DNA of 64,000 bases, from NCBI GenBank assembly GCA_964016885.1, contig OZ024741.1, positions 96,968,001-97,032,000 of the forward strand, written 5' to 3'. This document shows positions 12,580-25,640 of this stretch, piece by piece (position 1 is the stretch's first letter; each line of letters starts with the position of its first letter). Below the pieces are notes generated by a model, which worked only from the letters and a program-made list of their open reading frames with translations, made no database searches and was not told the origin of the DNA. The DNA is from Eledone cirrhosa. Lineage: Eukaryota. The position numbers and the translations under genes are program-made.

Positions 12580-14910
12580 TCACTGAGATGCATAACCCAC
12601 ACAGGCTCAATATTAGGGAGAAAAGCACATCATATAAAGCAGGCTAATTAAAGTCATTTAATAAAATTTATTGCAGAGAAATTTGTTACTTAAATTTAGA
12701 AACATACAATGTACATTTAGCAGCATTCATGAATACAAAGTAATGAAGTGGTTTGACAAAAAAAAAATAAAGTTTTAAATGGCAACATATAATTGCAGCT
12801 TGCACACCAACAAATACATTATACAAACATTACAAGAGTTCAAAACTGAACATTTATTTGCTACTATTTAACCATTTTTAGTGGTTTGTCCTGAGGCTTG
12901 ACACCTCTTTTTGTTGACAATATTTCGTATGTCTGGCTGAAATGTCTGTACAGTTCTGACTTTGATCAGAGATGACAAGTGTTGATCAGTCAGCCTCGTT
13001 CTCTGAGAAGCTTTCGTTAATTTCATGAAGGAAAATAACTGTTCACACACACAGGTAGAACCAAACATTGCCATAATGTTTGTGGCAAACTTTCTGAAGT
13101 TTTTAAACTTTTGAGGAAGGTATGAAAGGAAACCAGGTATCCCCACTTCTGGGTGTAGAATCTGATTGCTTTTCCAATAGTTCCACCTGCAGGCTTTCTT
13201 CTGCCTTGGCAACATCAAAGGTGAATGGTGTTGAGAATAATGCAAACTGATGTTCAAAAGATGAGAAATCCCAAATTCTTTCCTGAAATTCCTTTGACAA
13301 CAATTCAAGGATACTGTCATACTTAGCAAAGCTAAGTACAGAATCAGTATTGGCAGTGTTTGTCAGCTCTTTGCACGTAGGAAAATGAACTAAATTTTCA
13401 TTTTCTAATGAAGCACTTGATGTCATCATACAACTGAGTGATGGTTTTGTCTTTACCTTGTAATTTCAAATTAAGATCAGTTATTTGTGCAGTAACATCC
13501 ACAGCAAAAGCCAGATCTTGGAGCCAACTTTCAACTTTTATTTCGTCTGTGTTTTGACATTTCATCTACAAAAACACAATTATTTCTTTTCTCAACAAAT
13601 AGAAACTTTTCAGAACTTTGTGACATGACAACCTGCAGACGTCTGTGTAGAATGGAACATCGGCGAAATGATTATCTATATCTTCCAACAACTGACTGAA
13701 CTGACAGCGGGTTGAGAGCTTGTCCTCTGATATAGTTCACTGTCTTTGTGACCAAGCTAAGCAAATGATGCAATTTCAAAATCTTTGAACACTAATTTTG
13801 CTGATGAATAATACAGTGAAAAATGCGCAAATGATGAATCTGGGTGCGAGTTTTCTATTTTGTTCGTAACTTGGCAGTAACACCATTATGTCTGCCAACC
13901 ATATCGTAGCACCGTCAGCAGATAAGCATACAAGTTTTCTCAAATCAAAACCAGAGACATGCAGAACCTGCTCGATCTCCTCAAAGATACCCTGGCTTGT
14001 TATATTGTCATGCATGGGGACCAATTCAATCAGCTCTTCATTAATGTTAAATTCACTGTCACAGGTCCTGATGAAGAATGCAGGCTATGCTATTTCAGTG
14101 ATGTCAACGGTCTCAACAATAGCAATAGAAAAATGTTCAAATCTTGATGATACAGCCTTCAACTGTTGGTTCAGATCACCTGACATTTCATCAATGCGTT
14201 CAGCAACAGTGTTCCTGGCTAATGAAATGTCTTTGAATGGCTGTGCTTTCTCTGGACATACAATTTCAGCTGTTTTTACAAGGCAGTGCTTCACAAAATC
14301 TCCTTCACTGTAAGATTCCCCACTCATGGCGGTCATTCAGCTGAGTTCATAGCTTGCAGTAACGGAAGCGACATTCTCTTCCTGAATTTACATAAAACAG
14401 GCCTGTTGCGGTGTCACGTTAGCCTTCAATTCCTTGAGTCTTGAAACACGCATTGGGCCTTCATATTTATCGTAAGATCGATGGATTGTTTCATAATGCA
14501 TTTTCAAAATGTACTCTTTTGGCGTGGCGATGTAGTTGTTGCAAATTAAACAGTGTATCTTTCCGTTCACCGTTGTGCAAAAAACTGCAATTCCCACTTT
14601 TGTTGAAACACTCACCCTTCTTTGTTCAATTTCCTTTTTCTCTTAGATGGAGGAGCACTAGACATTTTAAAAGAAAAAAATTTGAAATTTTGAACGAAAC
14701 TTTTCTGTTTATGACTCTTAATGAGTTGCCGTGAATCGTGGGAAGTTTAAAAGTAGTTGACAGATATCGCGCACAAAAAGAAAAAGTTAAAAAAACAATC
14801 GTGTCGAAATTTTTTATTTTAAATTACGAAGCTAGAACATGCTCGTGTTGTAAACACCTTTGTGCGGACCGGAGGTGTGCTTGCAATGGGCTGTATGTTT
14901 TACCTGCCTG
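12580..14910 (-). mobile_element. decayed hAT DNA transposon (SPIN/Buster/Charlie group, GTF2IRD2-like transposase)
   Basis: Frameshifted ORFs: CLIC..HY zinc finger, GDFVKHCL, ISLARNTVAERI, SIAxxETVDIT, ADGA, MFGSTxVCEQLFSFMK..RTRLTDQHL; end gcctg followed by gtctagga. Confidence 0.92.
12868..14650 (-). pseudogene. hAT transposase pseudogene
   Basis: Five collinear ORF fragments separated by stops and frameshifts. Confidence 0.9.
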
Positions 14911-15313
14911 GTCTAGGACAGCTACAAAAGAATAATGAAAATTAATGATTATAAACCTACTTTCAAAATCAAAGTTAATGAGATATGGCTTTCCTAGAGC
15001 TATTAGTCATATTTAGGGTCAATCTTGTTGCTCTTTGGTAACAACCTTATCATTCCTATGTGTGCTTAACTGTTAAATTAATTTAATTTAGTTATTTAAC
15101 AAACAGATAATATATATATATATATGACAGTAATGCCTTATAAGTTTGACTCTGACTGACATGCAAAAACATATATATATGAATAAAGTAAGCCCAAAGC
15201 ATAGTAGATTAAAATATCAGAGAGAAAGTGAGAGAAAGGGAGAGAGGGGGGGGGGGAGAAATGAGGGGCCCCAGAAATGAAACATTGATTACAGTTTAAA
15301 ATATAGTCTAGAT

Positions 15314-15516
15314 CAGGCATGTCAAACTTAAGATCCCCCGAGTGCCACTTGGGTCACATATGTGTTTTCTGAGGGTCACACACGACAACTAATTGCATAC
15401 ATTACAACTATTTTTCTTTTTATTTTATATTACGAAGATAAAATATGTTCGCGCTGTAAAAACCTTTGTGCGGGCCGCAGTTATGCTTGTAACGGGCCGC
15501 AGGTTTCTTAAGCCTA
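15314..15516. mobile_element. hAT MITE related to the adjacent transposon
   Basis: gtctagat then caggcatgtcaaac start; 15455-15505 resembles subterminal 14845-14900. Confidence 0.65.
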
Positions 15517-15661
15517 ATATAAAGCGAATGCCTATACAGATAGTAAGCAACAGTTTGACAAAGGTGAAGTATGTCTGATTGGCAGCTATAAGTTGCTGTT
15601 AATAAATAGGACGCAAGTGCCTTTTATAATGGTCTGAAGGCGATGTATGATATACTCATGC

Positions 15662-15759
<98 letters not shown>

Positions 15760-16303
15760 ACATACACACATATATACACGCATAGTACAACGACGCACAC
15801 ACAAACACATACACACACACATACACACGCACTTATAGAGAGAGATACGTAGCTATATACGTGCATGTATATCAGACAGACAGAAAGATAGAAAGATAGA
15901 TAGATATGTGTGCATTTTGGTAATTGTTACTGCATTTGAAGTTGAAATATTCATGACATATGACCTGACTCTGACGTATCTTTGACTCATTTGAGTGTTT
16001 CAATTGCATCGCGTTACTTTCATTAACTCCGTTATCAAATTTACTTATCAGTACTTTCCTGTGTGGTGGGTGATGTGTTTATATTGCTGGAGGGACTCCA
16101 TCATTACTCGTAACCAGTAGCAGATGTTTGGTCAGTGTAGATTTCTAAGGTTTTCTTTGTGGCAGATACCAGGACGTAGTGAGGCGCTTTATTTATTGAA
16201 AATACAAATATGTAGCTTTGATCTTAAAAAAAACTAGGAAGAGTGCGTAAATCTTTGTTACATGAGGTCGTATTACATCTAGTCTTGGATGTGCGGTACT
16301 TTC

Positions 16304-16359
<56 letters not shown>

Positions 16360-16629
16360 ATATCTATATATCTATACATATGTGTGTGCGTGTATTTAGA
16401 GAGAGAGAGAGTGAAAGAAAGTGAGAGGGAGGGAGAGAGAGATAGACAGACAGACAGAGGGATACATAGATAGATAATTAGATAGATATACATTTCCAAA
16501 TACCTAATAAATGAAGGCACATTCACACACAGAAACACATACACTACAGACGTACACTTGAAAAAAAAAACGACATTCACTCTTATATTTAACAATCCTG
16601 TATGTGATTCTTTAAGGTGACAAATCGCT

Positions 16630-16760
16630 AGAATCTTTAGAACATTCGATAAAATGCTTGGCAGTGCTCATTCTGACTCTCTACTCTGAGTTGATATACA
16701 TCGAAGATCAACTTAGCCTTTAACATTGTGGCGTCTATAAATAGAGTACCAATGACGCAT
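16630..16760 (+). mobile_element. old SINE family A copy
   Basis: ctgagttgata..tcaacttagccttt..gtctataaatagagtacca, degenerate. Confidence 0.5.
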
Positions 16761-17120
16761 TGAGATCTATTGTTATACATTTCTCTTTGGTTTGTGTCTG
16801 TACTTCAAAGTCAAGCCCACGTCACATTGTATCACATTGACTCATCATAACCAATGCATTACGTGTATGCATATATATGAAGTATTAAGGCACACCACTT
16901 AAATCTTTTTATAAGTATTCAGTTATGCTCATTGTTGATACAGATGAAAACTTCTCCATGTCCTTCTAAGTGTGCAATACGTATAGTGTAGTGTGTAGAG
17001 AATTTTATATCTAGATCAATGCATTTCACGAAACATTGTATAGTGTGTTCTGAAGTTAGATGCTGTTTGATGAAAAGTTGAGAATTGAACAGAGAGACAT
17101 GTTTTGTAAATAAGTAGTTA

Positions 17121-17205
17121 CTATTGTGTCGTCAAGTATGAAATTTGTAGAAATTTGTTTTCTCTCTAGAAATTGCTACAAATTTCATACTTGACGACTC
17201 AATAG
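17121..17205. repeat. 36-bp near-perfect hairpin
   Basis: ctattgtgtcgtcaagtatgaaatttgtagaaattt pairs with aaattgctacaaatttcatacttgacgactcaatag, 13-nt loop. Confidence 0.9.
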
Positions 17206-17337
17206 AATGCCTGCAAAAATTCAATGTTAGTGTGTAATAATATGGAGGATTTAATGTATCTTTATTAAAGTGTCGCACCATAAGAGAATGAACAGACAGT
17301 ACTTCTAGAAAACACGCTCAAAACCTTAGCCTATAAA

Positions 17338-17512
17338 ATTGTTTCAACTTTTGGGACAAGGCCAGCAATTATCTTAGTGTATTACTGGTACTTTATTTTA
17401 TCGACCCCGTAAGGATGAAAGGCAAAGTTAACCTCGGCGGGATTTGAACTCAGACCATAAAGGACCGTAACTCTTTACTGCAAAGCATGGCGTCCGACCC
17501 TTTACCGATATA
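17338..17512 (-). mobile_element. SINE family A
   Basis: Same core and pol III boxes. Confidence 0.9.
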
Positions 17513-17574
17513 CTCGATGATCTATCCACGCAGTCCCCTATTCCCCACTCTTCATCTCTCTCTCTCTCTCTCTC

Positions 17575-17612
<38 letters not shown>

Positions 17613-18352
17613 TCTCTCTCTCTCTCTCTCTTTCTTTCTCTCTCTACCTCGCTCTCTACCTCCCTATATCTCATAATCCTCTGTTATCTCTCCCTTTCTC
17701 TCTCTGATAAGGTTTCCTCTCTGACCAACCATTTTCTTCTTTCTATTACCTTTCTCCTCTCTCCCTCTCTCTCTCTCTCTTTCACTCTTTCACTCTCATA
17801 CAACACTTGCCTCATTATATTTATCACTTCCTTATCTTTTTATTTTGCTTTTGTTTGCGAGACCCGCTATATGAGAGATTCTTCCTCAGCATATCAATAA
17901 ACTGTCTCTGCCTCTTAAAATCCACTCTCTCGCTCGCTTTATTAAAGAATTCGCTCTCTCACTCTCTGCAGAGTTTCCCTTACGCCCTATCAATAGAGTT
18001 ACCTATTACCAAAGAGGCTATGAGGAGAGAAAGCAGAGAAAAAAAATGTTTTTGACTCAAAGGCAATCAAGAGGGCCAGATGTTGACAGTTTGGCTGGCC
18101 GAGGGGCGTATAACAACATTCACACAAGTTAAGTTTCAATTCGGTTTTAGCATTAGTCAGGCAACTAACGTATTCCTCAGTTAGTTTAGAAACGGATCTT
18201 TATTCTATTGTCAAAAATCTTTCGACACACGTTCTCTGACATTTTCGTTTCTCGCCCTCTCTCTCTCATTCTCTCTCTCCCCCTCTCTCTCTCTCGTACA
18301 CTTTCTGTTTTTTACTTTCTCTCTTTCTCACAATTTCCCACAGCAATCTCTC

Positions 18353-18402
<50 letters not shown>

Positions 18403-18966
18403 CTCTCCCTCTCTCTCTCTCTTGCAGTTTCCTCCTCGCACTATTACCCTCTTGTGTCTCTGAATGTTTCTCTATTTTTCCAATTCCCACCCTTCTTTGT
18501 TTATTATTCAATTTTTAAAACTTCTATTTTCGTTTTTATTAATTATTTGGTAAAATGTTTGTAAATGTCTTACTCGACTGACGTTATTTTTTTAATTACT
18601 TTTTTACTACTTGTAGTATTTCGTTTTATTTTCTCTCCTACCTTATATTTCTTTATATCATTTAAGCTGAGTTCGATCCTCCCACCTCTTTATCTTGTTC
18701 TCGTCGTTTATTTCCTTCCCCTCTCACAACTAACATGCTATTTATCACGAATTCTTGGTCAGGCCACTCCTCTTTTTTCTTTCGCTCGCTCCCAGTACTT
18801 CTCTTTTTTTATTACTCACAACATTTTTCCACTTCATGTTTCATTTCGAGAATTACGATGTCCCTTCATGAAGTTAGCTTGATGTATTCTAGTCTCCTCT
18901 TGCTTTGCATATGTACCAAACCATTCTCTACAATAATTTCAAAAAACATCCTTTCTTTTGTTTTTT

Positions 18967-19002
<36 letters not shown>

Positions 19003-20059
19003 TCATTCTTTCTTTCCTTCTTTCTCTATTCGTCAATTCCTTTCGCCGATCGACCAGATTCTGAGATGAGTCACTTTGTCCTAAGATTAGGGACTTTCGA
19101 GTTAATTTCACCGTTGCCACCGTCGTCATATATAATATTGTGATTAAGATGCAGGAAGGATATAACAAGAATTCGCTTTCGCTAACATCCACTGTATCTC
19201 TTAACTCTGCCTGTCGGTCATTGACGCTTGATCACTATGTTATTTTCATTTCTGCAGCATCGCTCCAAAATTAAAAGATTACCGTAATTTCGTCTAAAAG
19301 AAAACGTGCATTCGAATGTGGCGGCAGGTTTAAAAGGTGTTTGAGCGCGAAAGAAAATGAAAATAGCGAAGGACAGATGAGAAAGATGGGAAAAATGATT
19401 GTTCATGCGTGTGCATACGCATGTGCGAACAATAGCGCTTGTAAACATGGGGTAGGTGTGAAAATGATAGTGTATATATGTGCGCGACACGTAAGAGTGC
19501 AAATACTTATATGCATTTGAATAATATTTGTGAGTCATCATATGTAGACATATTTGCTTGAATTTATGTATGTGTATTATGCCTAGATATATGTACATTG
19601 ACACATGTGTGTGAACGTCATACATATGTAAACACACATTCACCTTCACACACATATATCACACACATATATGCGTGAGTGTTTGTGTACATACGTATCT
19701 GCTTTAGGGAACTCTGTTTTAGGCAAATATGCGTATCATAGTGTGTGCCTGTGTGTGTATTCATATATATTTGAACGTGCCTTACGAACGTATGCATTTG
19801 GATGTTGTGAGTGCTATGTGAAATATATCAATAAACGTTATGCAAGTGTCCGTCTCAGATTAAGGTTATTATATTTATATGAATACTTAGAATTCTCTCC
19901 TGTTCAAATCCTCTTCCTCTACAGATTCATTATCCTTCTTTTTAATATCATCATCATCGTCATTATCCGAATTGGTACTGTCTTTAGAGCGTCAGAAACA
20001 TGCTTAGAAGTACATGTTAGGGTATTTCAATCTATGAGTTCAAGATGCATCGAGATCAA

Positions 20060-20310
20060 CTTTGCGATACTCTCCAAATATCGGTCGCTCTCCAACAGGT
20101 TTGTGTTCGTGCCCGTAGCAGTGGAGTCGTTCGTTGTCCCTGGCCCCTAGTGTCATCTTCCTACTCCCCACCATCGACACAGAGGTGGGCTCCCGTGAGA
20201 CTTGCCAGCTGGAATGTCTCTACCAGCATGTCTCACACACCATCTTCGGGGAAACGCCTTCTGTACTCTGTCCACCCTGGCAGCTGGGCACCCAACGCGT
20301 GGGCCTCATG
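20060..20310 (+). mobile_element. 3' fragment of CRE-like non-LTR retrotransposon (restriction-like endonuclease tail)
   Basis: KYRSLSNRFVFVPVAVES..LYQHVS..LRGNAFCTL across frameshifts resembles the KY..FVP.AVET..QR.S..RGNA motif. Confidence 0.75.
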
Positions 20311-20748
20311 ATAGTGAGAGTTGGGGAGAGTTAGAAGGATTGTGGCAGTGAGAATGGGAGTGTGATTCCTTTGTGTTCAGACCTGTTGTATAAGTATATG
20401 TTTCAGAGAAACACATTTACACTGAGTCAGTATAGTTACTTTATATTTTAAAGTATATTTTTTTGTTAATTTGTTTTACTTTTTCTTTTAATGGTTAAGT
20501 TGTTTACCAAAAGTCTGATACACTAACGTACAATATATTACCAGAATGCAATTAAAAAAATAACGCTCAGGCATGCGCACGGACTCTGCCTTATCACATC
20601 CATCTCACACTTTAGTAACGACTGCTACCATTGACGGCTTTGAATGACCAGAGCGATTTCACGTGGTCACGCCGATAGAGAATACTCGCTTGCTTATTTC
20701 AGTCAGTGTGACACTGACACTAGCAACACGGCCGAATTCCCTCGGACA

Positions 20749-20781
20749 CCCCCTGATAAGGAATAGATCTGAAATATAGGG
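20749..20781 (+). ncRNA. possible minimal hammerhead (family C, C3/A8 mismatch)
   Basis: CCC CUGAUAA GG-AAUAGAU-CU GAAAUAUA GGG; stems very short. Confidence 0.4.
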
Positions 20782-21108
20782 ACTATCAAATCTATTCCAA
20801 GGTAGCTTCATCTTTGGATTTCATTTCATTTTACATTTCATTTTCTTATTTCCTCCCCCATACTCTTATCGCCATTCTTCCTACAAACACCTGATTGTGT
20901 TGCTTGGAGATTTATCCATCTGCATTTTGGAGGCTTCCAATATCAACCTTTTTTTACTATTACACAATGCTTCAAGCAAACATCAACACATATATATATA
21001 TACACAAACATATATATATATATATAATTATATATATATATGTATATACTGTATACTTTCCAGTAAAACACACACTCACAAACACACAAACAAATACACA
21101 CGCTCACA

Positions 21109-21267
<159 letters not shown>

Positions 21268-21541
21268 CATAGACGCCGTAATTACAGTGTAGTGGCCACA
21301 TTTGAATTTGTTTCCTGATAATATATGTTTCGCTGTATTGCATTTTCGAACGTATGGAAATCAATTATGGTGATTCAATTTTAAAACATACAATATTTGT
21401 ATTTTCTTAGTAATCATAAAATGAAAACTTACCTAATAAAATATACTTGCAGACGATACTCAAAAATACACATATCTGCACAGGAACACACACAAACACA
21501 CATGTATGATTTCATAGATATTGAACTGTTGTAGCGCAGTA

Positions 21542-21579
<38 letters not shown>

Positions 21580-21581
<2 letters not shown>

Positions 21582-21825
21582 ATAGTCGATCTACAAGACC
21601 CCAGACCTAAATCGGTTAACGAGTGGTGTGGAGCTCGTTAAAGCGGACCGAGGAAACAATGTTTCCATCGGTCTTTCCAACTCGTCATCGATCGCAACTC
21701 CAGGCAGAAGGAGCAACGTGAAATAAAGTGTCTTGCTCAAGGAAATAAACTATCGCTCGGTCTGGAAATCGAAATCACAACCTGACGATTGCGAATCCAA
21801 TTCTCTAACCACTCAGCCACGCTCT
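21580..21825 (-). mobile_element. tRNA-derived SINE family B
   Basis: Homologous to 51555-51775; minus strand has gtggctgagtggttag, gtgatttcgattt, ccttgagcaagacactt. Confidence 0.85.
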
Positions 21826-22285
21826 TTTTTATTATATATACACATTTACATATATATACTTATACGCTTACACTCAGACGTTAGTAAATATTTCGAAAGA
21901 ATAATATTTAGTGCGTGTTTAATGTTTATTACTGAGATTTTTTCATACTAAATATATTCTAGAAAAAGATGCAAGAATCTCAAAAACGCCTTTTGATTTT
22001 AATGTTCCTTTCTGTCAACCATGCTTATATCAACAGAGCGGTGCCTATCACCTCGATGTATCTGGTGGTCTACTACGGTGATGTCAGTCTTATATGATTT
22101 CACTGAACTCCCTCAACCAAGTTTCAGCAGTATCACCCTAAACCTCTCGAGTGTGTGTGTGAGTCTGTCTGTGTTTGAGTCTGTATGACACTGCATGCGT
22201 ATTTGTTGTTCTGTGTATTAAAAGGAAAACTGTTTTTGAGATTGAATATCTCCGTTTGTGCATGTGTGTGGATATGCAGTGACAT

Positions 22286-22463
22286 AATTGTTTCTACTTT
22301 TGGCACAAGGCCAGCAATTACCCAGTGCATTACTGGTACTTTATTTTATCGATCCCGTAAGGATGAAAGGCAAAGTTAACCTCGGCGGGATTTGAACTCA
22401 GAATGTAAAGGAACGTAACTATGCTCGAAAGTATGGCGTCCGACCCTCTGCCGATACTGCCAA
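22286..22463 (-). mobile_element. SINE family A
   Basis: Same core and pol III boxes. Confidence 0.9.
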
Positions 22464-22519
22464 TACAACTTATATTATTTGTGAAAGACACACTAACATT
22501 ATCAGTATATTTTTTACAG

Positions 22520-23120
22520 CCGATGTTGAGCACCGAGAAAGGCAGACTTTTCCAGCTGAGAGTCGGGATGTCAAGTTCTATGGAGGTTGAGTTGTGGCAA
22601 ATCGCGACAACGCACTTGGAGAGGTTTTGAGCGTCTACAAAGCCGACTGACTAGTCTGTTTCGGAGGACTTTTGAGTCGGTGACTGCTTATGACTTACAG
22701 AAATCCCTCATTTGGCAGTGCGTGCTACTGGAGGGCACTGCGGTTCATGATAAACTCTACAGGCACAGAAATGTTGTCAGATGTAACTGCCCGAGATACG
22801 CGCAGAACGACGAAACCATTCTGCACGTGACGTCTAGTGTCCGTGCGGGGTTATGTCAAACAGCGGTTGTTGCATATAGGAAATAAATGAAGGTGAGGTT
22901 GGATACGGGTGCCTTCTCCGGGTGCTCTCGAAGCGTCGACTGTTTCAGGAATGGTGGGGTACCTGTATCACCCCTATATGGTTCTCCTTCCGATTGGGCA
23001 ATTTGTATTGTTACAGTTATAATTTTTATTGTTATTGCTTTAATATTGTTTCCTTTTTTCTGTAAACCAATCGCCCTCGTCTCCATCTATTGTATTTGCC
23101 CCTATACGTAGGCCTTTTAT
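22520..23120 (+). mobile_element. 3' fragment of L1/Tx1-type LINE (zf-RVT region)
   Basis: QKSLIWQC..VHDKLYRH..CPRY..DETILHV resembles the ORF2 C-terminal zinc-binding motif. Confidence 0.7.
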
Positions 23121-23129
23121 GCAGCCTTG

Positions 23130-23310
23130 TACGTTCGGAGTTCAAATCACGCCGAGGTTAGCTTTGCCTTTCATCATTACCGGGTCGATAAAATAATGTA
23201 CCAGTAATGCACTAGGGTTGATTTAATCGACTTTCCCCTCTCCCCAAAATTACTGGCCTTGTGCCTAATGTAGAAATGATTATTATTATCAGTAGTAGTA
23301 GTAGTAGTAT

Positions 23311-23357
<47 letters not shown>
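23130..23357 (+). mobile_element. SINE family A (5' truncated) with (GTA)n tail
   Basis: gagttcaaatcacgccgagg..gcctttcatcattaccgggtcgataaaat. Confidence 0.85.
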
Positions 23358-23506
23358 ATTTGGAATTTCAATATTGTTTTGTTTTCATATCGCCTTTTCT
23401 CATAATAACGTTTTAATACTGTTTATTTTCATTGATATACCCCAAGGATTGTAAATGTGATTATGTCATCTTCCGAACCATACATCATGTATCGCTTCCT
23501 CTCTCT

Positions 23507-23579
<73 letters not shown>

Positions 23580-23606
23580 TCTCTCTCTTTCTCTGTATAT
23601 ATATAT

Positions 23607-23769
<163 letters not shown>

Positions 23770-23980
23770 ATGCGGGTGTATATATATATTGTTATACTTG
23801 AGGAGGGTCATATTCTTGTAATAATATTGCCAGAACACACTCACTGTTTGGTTGGTTTTCGCATCTGTATCTTTTATATCTCCACAGTTAATTCATTCGC
23901 TCCTCAGTGTTTACCATTGACTGACCAACGGTCAAAAATACAGATATAATATAGATATAAACACATATATATATAGTCTA

Positions 23981-24020
23981 ACAAAGTTCTTTCGTTGCAC
24001 ATCTGCAACATCGTCAGTGG
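23981..24020 (-). ncRNA. minimal hammerhead (family D)
   Basis: CCA CUGACGA U GUUGCA-GAUG-UGCAAC GAAAGAACUU UGU. Confidence 0.65.
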
Positions 24021-25206
24021 TGCTATTATTTTCCTCATGTTGTATTGTATATTTTTACACTGGTTAGCTAATTTCCCTCCAGGGCTAGCGTCCACGAACA
24101 TGACACTCTGGTATCTCTGGTTGTCGTACCATGAGGTGGCTTTCATGATTTGCTTCTGTATAAAGGGCAAATTCCTTTCATGTCCAGTTCTATCAGGGTC
24201 TTATACTTCTCCGTGGCTCCTCCGTATACTCTGATTCTCTCTCTTTGGTTGTTGCTAGAGAACCGCATGCGGTTGATGAAGTGTTGGATGTGTCTTACTA
24301 TTTCTGTTGAGTCGCACATGCGGCACATGTTCTTCATCACTCGTTATACAGGAGCAAATCATGGAATAGCTTAGATAGGGCTAAACATAAAATAGTGAAA
24401 GCCACCTCATGGTACGACAACCAGAGATACCAGAGTGTCATGTTCGTGGACGCTACCCCTGGAGGGAAATTAGCTAACCAGTGTAGAAAGGCCCTGAGAA
24501 AGACCCACTTAAAGATTAACGTGGTAGAAAAGCCAGGAACTACCATCAAATCCCTGATCAGCAAAACATACCCTTTTAAGAAAATTATATGTAAAGTAAA
24601 CCCCGGATAAACTGTAAAACTAGAACCGTAGTCTAGAGCATAATATGTACAGAGGGTACTTGCAGAAACATGACAACGACATACATAGGCGAGGCAGCTC
24701 GTAGCATAGGTGAAAGGATAGACCAACACTGGTGGGAAATAAAAGGGCGAAAAAACGGTTCAGTACTATACGAACACGCCAGACAACAACATGACGGTAA
24801 CATAGACAACATAGAAATTAAAATAATATTTAAACCTAGAAATGACCCAGCAGATAGGCAAATCAGAGAGGCAAGTGAAATAGATCTTAGAAGGCCAAAG
24901 CTAAAGAGAAAAGATGAATGTAATAACAACAACACCCAAACAAACAATACTGACCTAAGAGAAATATAATATAAATAAATAAATATATACACAAGCACAA
25001 TAACAGCAAACACATATAAGCACACACTAGTAAACTAAGATAGAATACAATTACCAAAATACAGTCACCCACACGCGAACACACACCAAACAATATACAC
25101 CCACGCAAAAGCATGCGCAGAGAAGAAGACAAAAATAAATCAATAAATAAACAGATTAAGTAAAGATGGCGTAAATATAGAATACAACAGGAGGAACATA
25201 ATAGCA

Positions 25207-25246
25207 CCACTGACGATGTTGCAGATGTGCAACGGAAGAACTTTGT
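25207..25246 (+). ncRNA. minimal hammerhead (family D, GAAA mutated to GGAA)
   Basis: Inverted twin of 23981-24020, about 250 nt after the GIY-YIG ORF. Confidence 0.55.
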
Positions 25247-25392
25247 TAGAAAACCAACTAAACAGTGAGTGTGTTCTGATATTATTTCTAGCAATATTAT
25301 TATAATAATATGACCCTCCCCAAGTATAACAATATTTGTATCGACACAAGATTTCATATAAAAAACCTCGCAAAACAAATTCATCGCCGTTG

Positions 25393-25455
<63 letters not shown>

Positions 25456-25546
25456 CGAAGGAAATGTGGTAAGGAACCAGGTGGACCATAACGCACCAAA
25501 GTACTCAATACTTGAGGTAGTAGAGTGGGTAATAGGAACCAGTAAG

Positions 25547-25640
25547 ACCCCGACAGCTGAGCTCAAGCCGTTTCGACGGCTAATTCTGGACTAAATGAAA
25601 ATTTATCCTGGTATTTAAATAGCCGATCTTCTCAGGGGGT
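25547..25640 (-). ncRNA. hammerhead ribozyme (family E, CUGAGAA core)
   Basis: ACCCC CUGAGAA GAUCGGCUA..UAGCCGUC GAAACGGCU-UGAGCUC-AGCUGUC GGGGU. Confidence 0.7.

Larger units (their letters stand above)
23790..25392 (+). mobile_element. head-to-head PLE fragments (Naiad-type) with GIY-YIG
   Basis: Plus 24380-24960: SWYD..VMFVDATPGG..VVEKPG..YIGEAARSIGERIDQH..RQIREA; minus arm 23790-24335 is an internally deleted inverted copy. Confidence 0.88.

Noticed and set aside
13800-14080. CTGATGA motifs inside the hAT element
   Set aside because: Antisense to transposase codons; no flanking stems.
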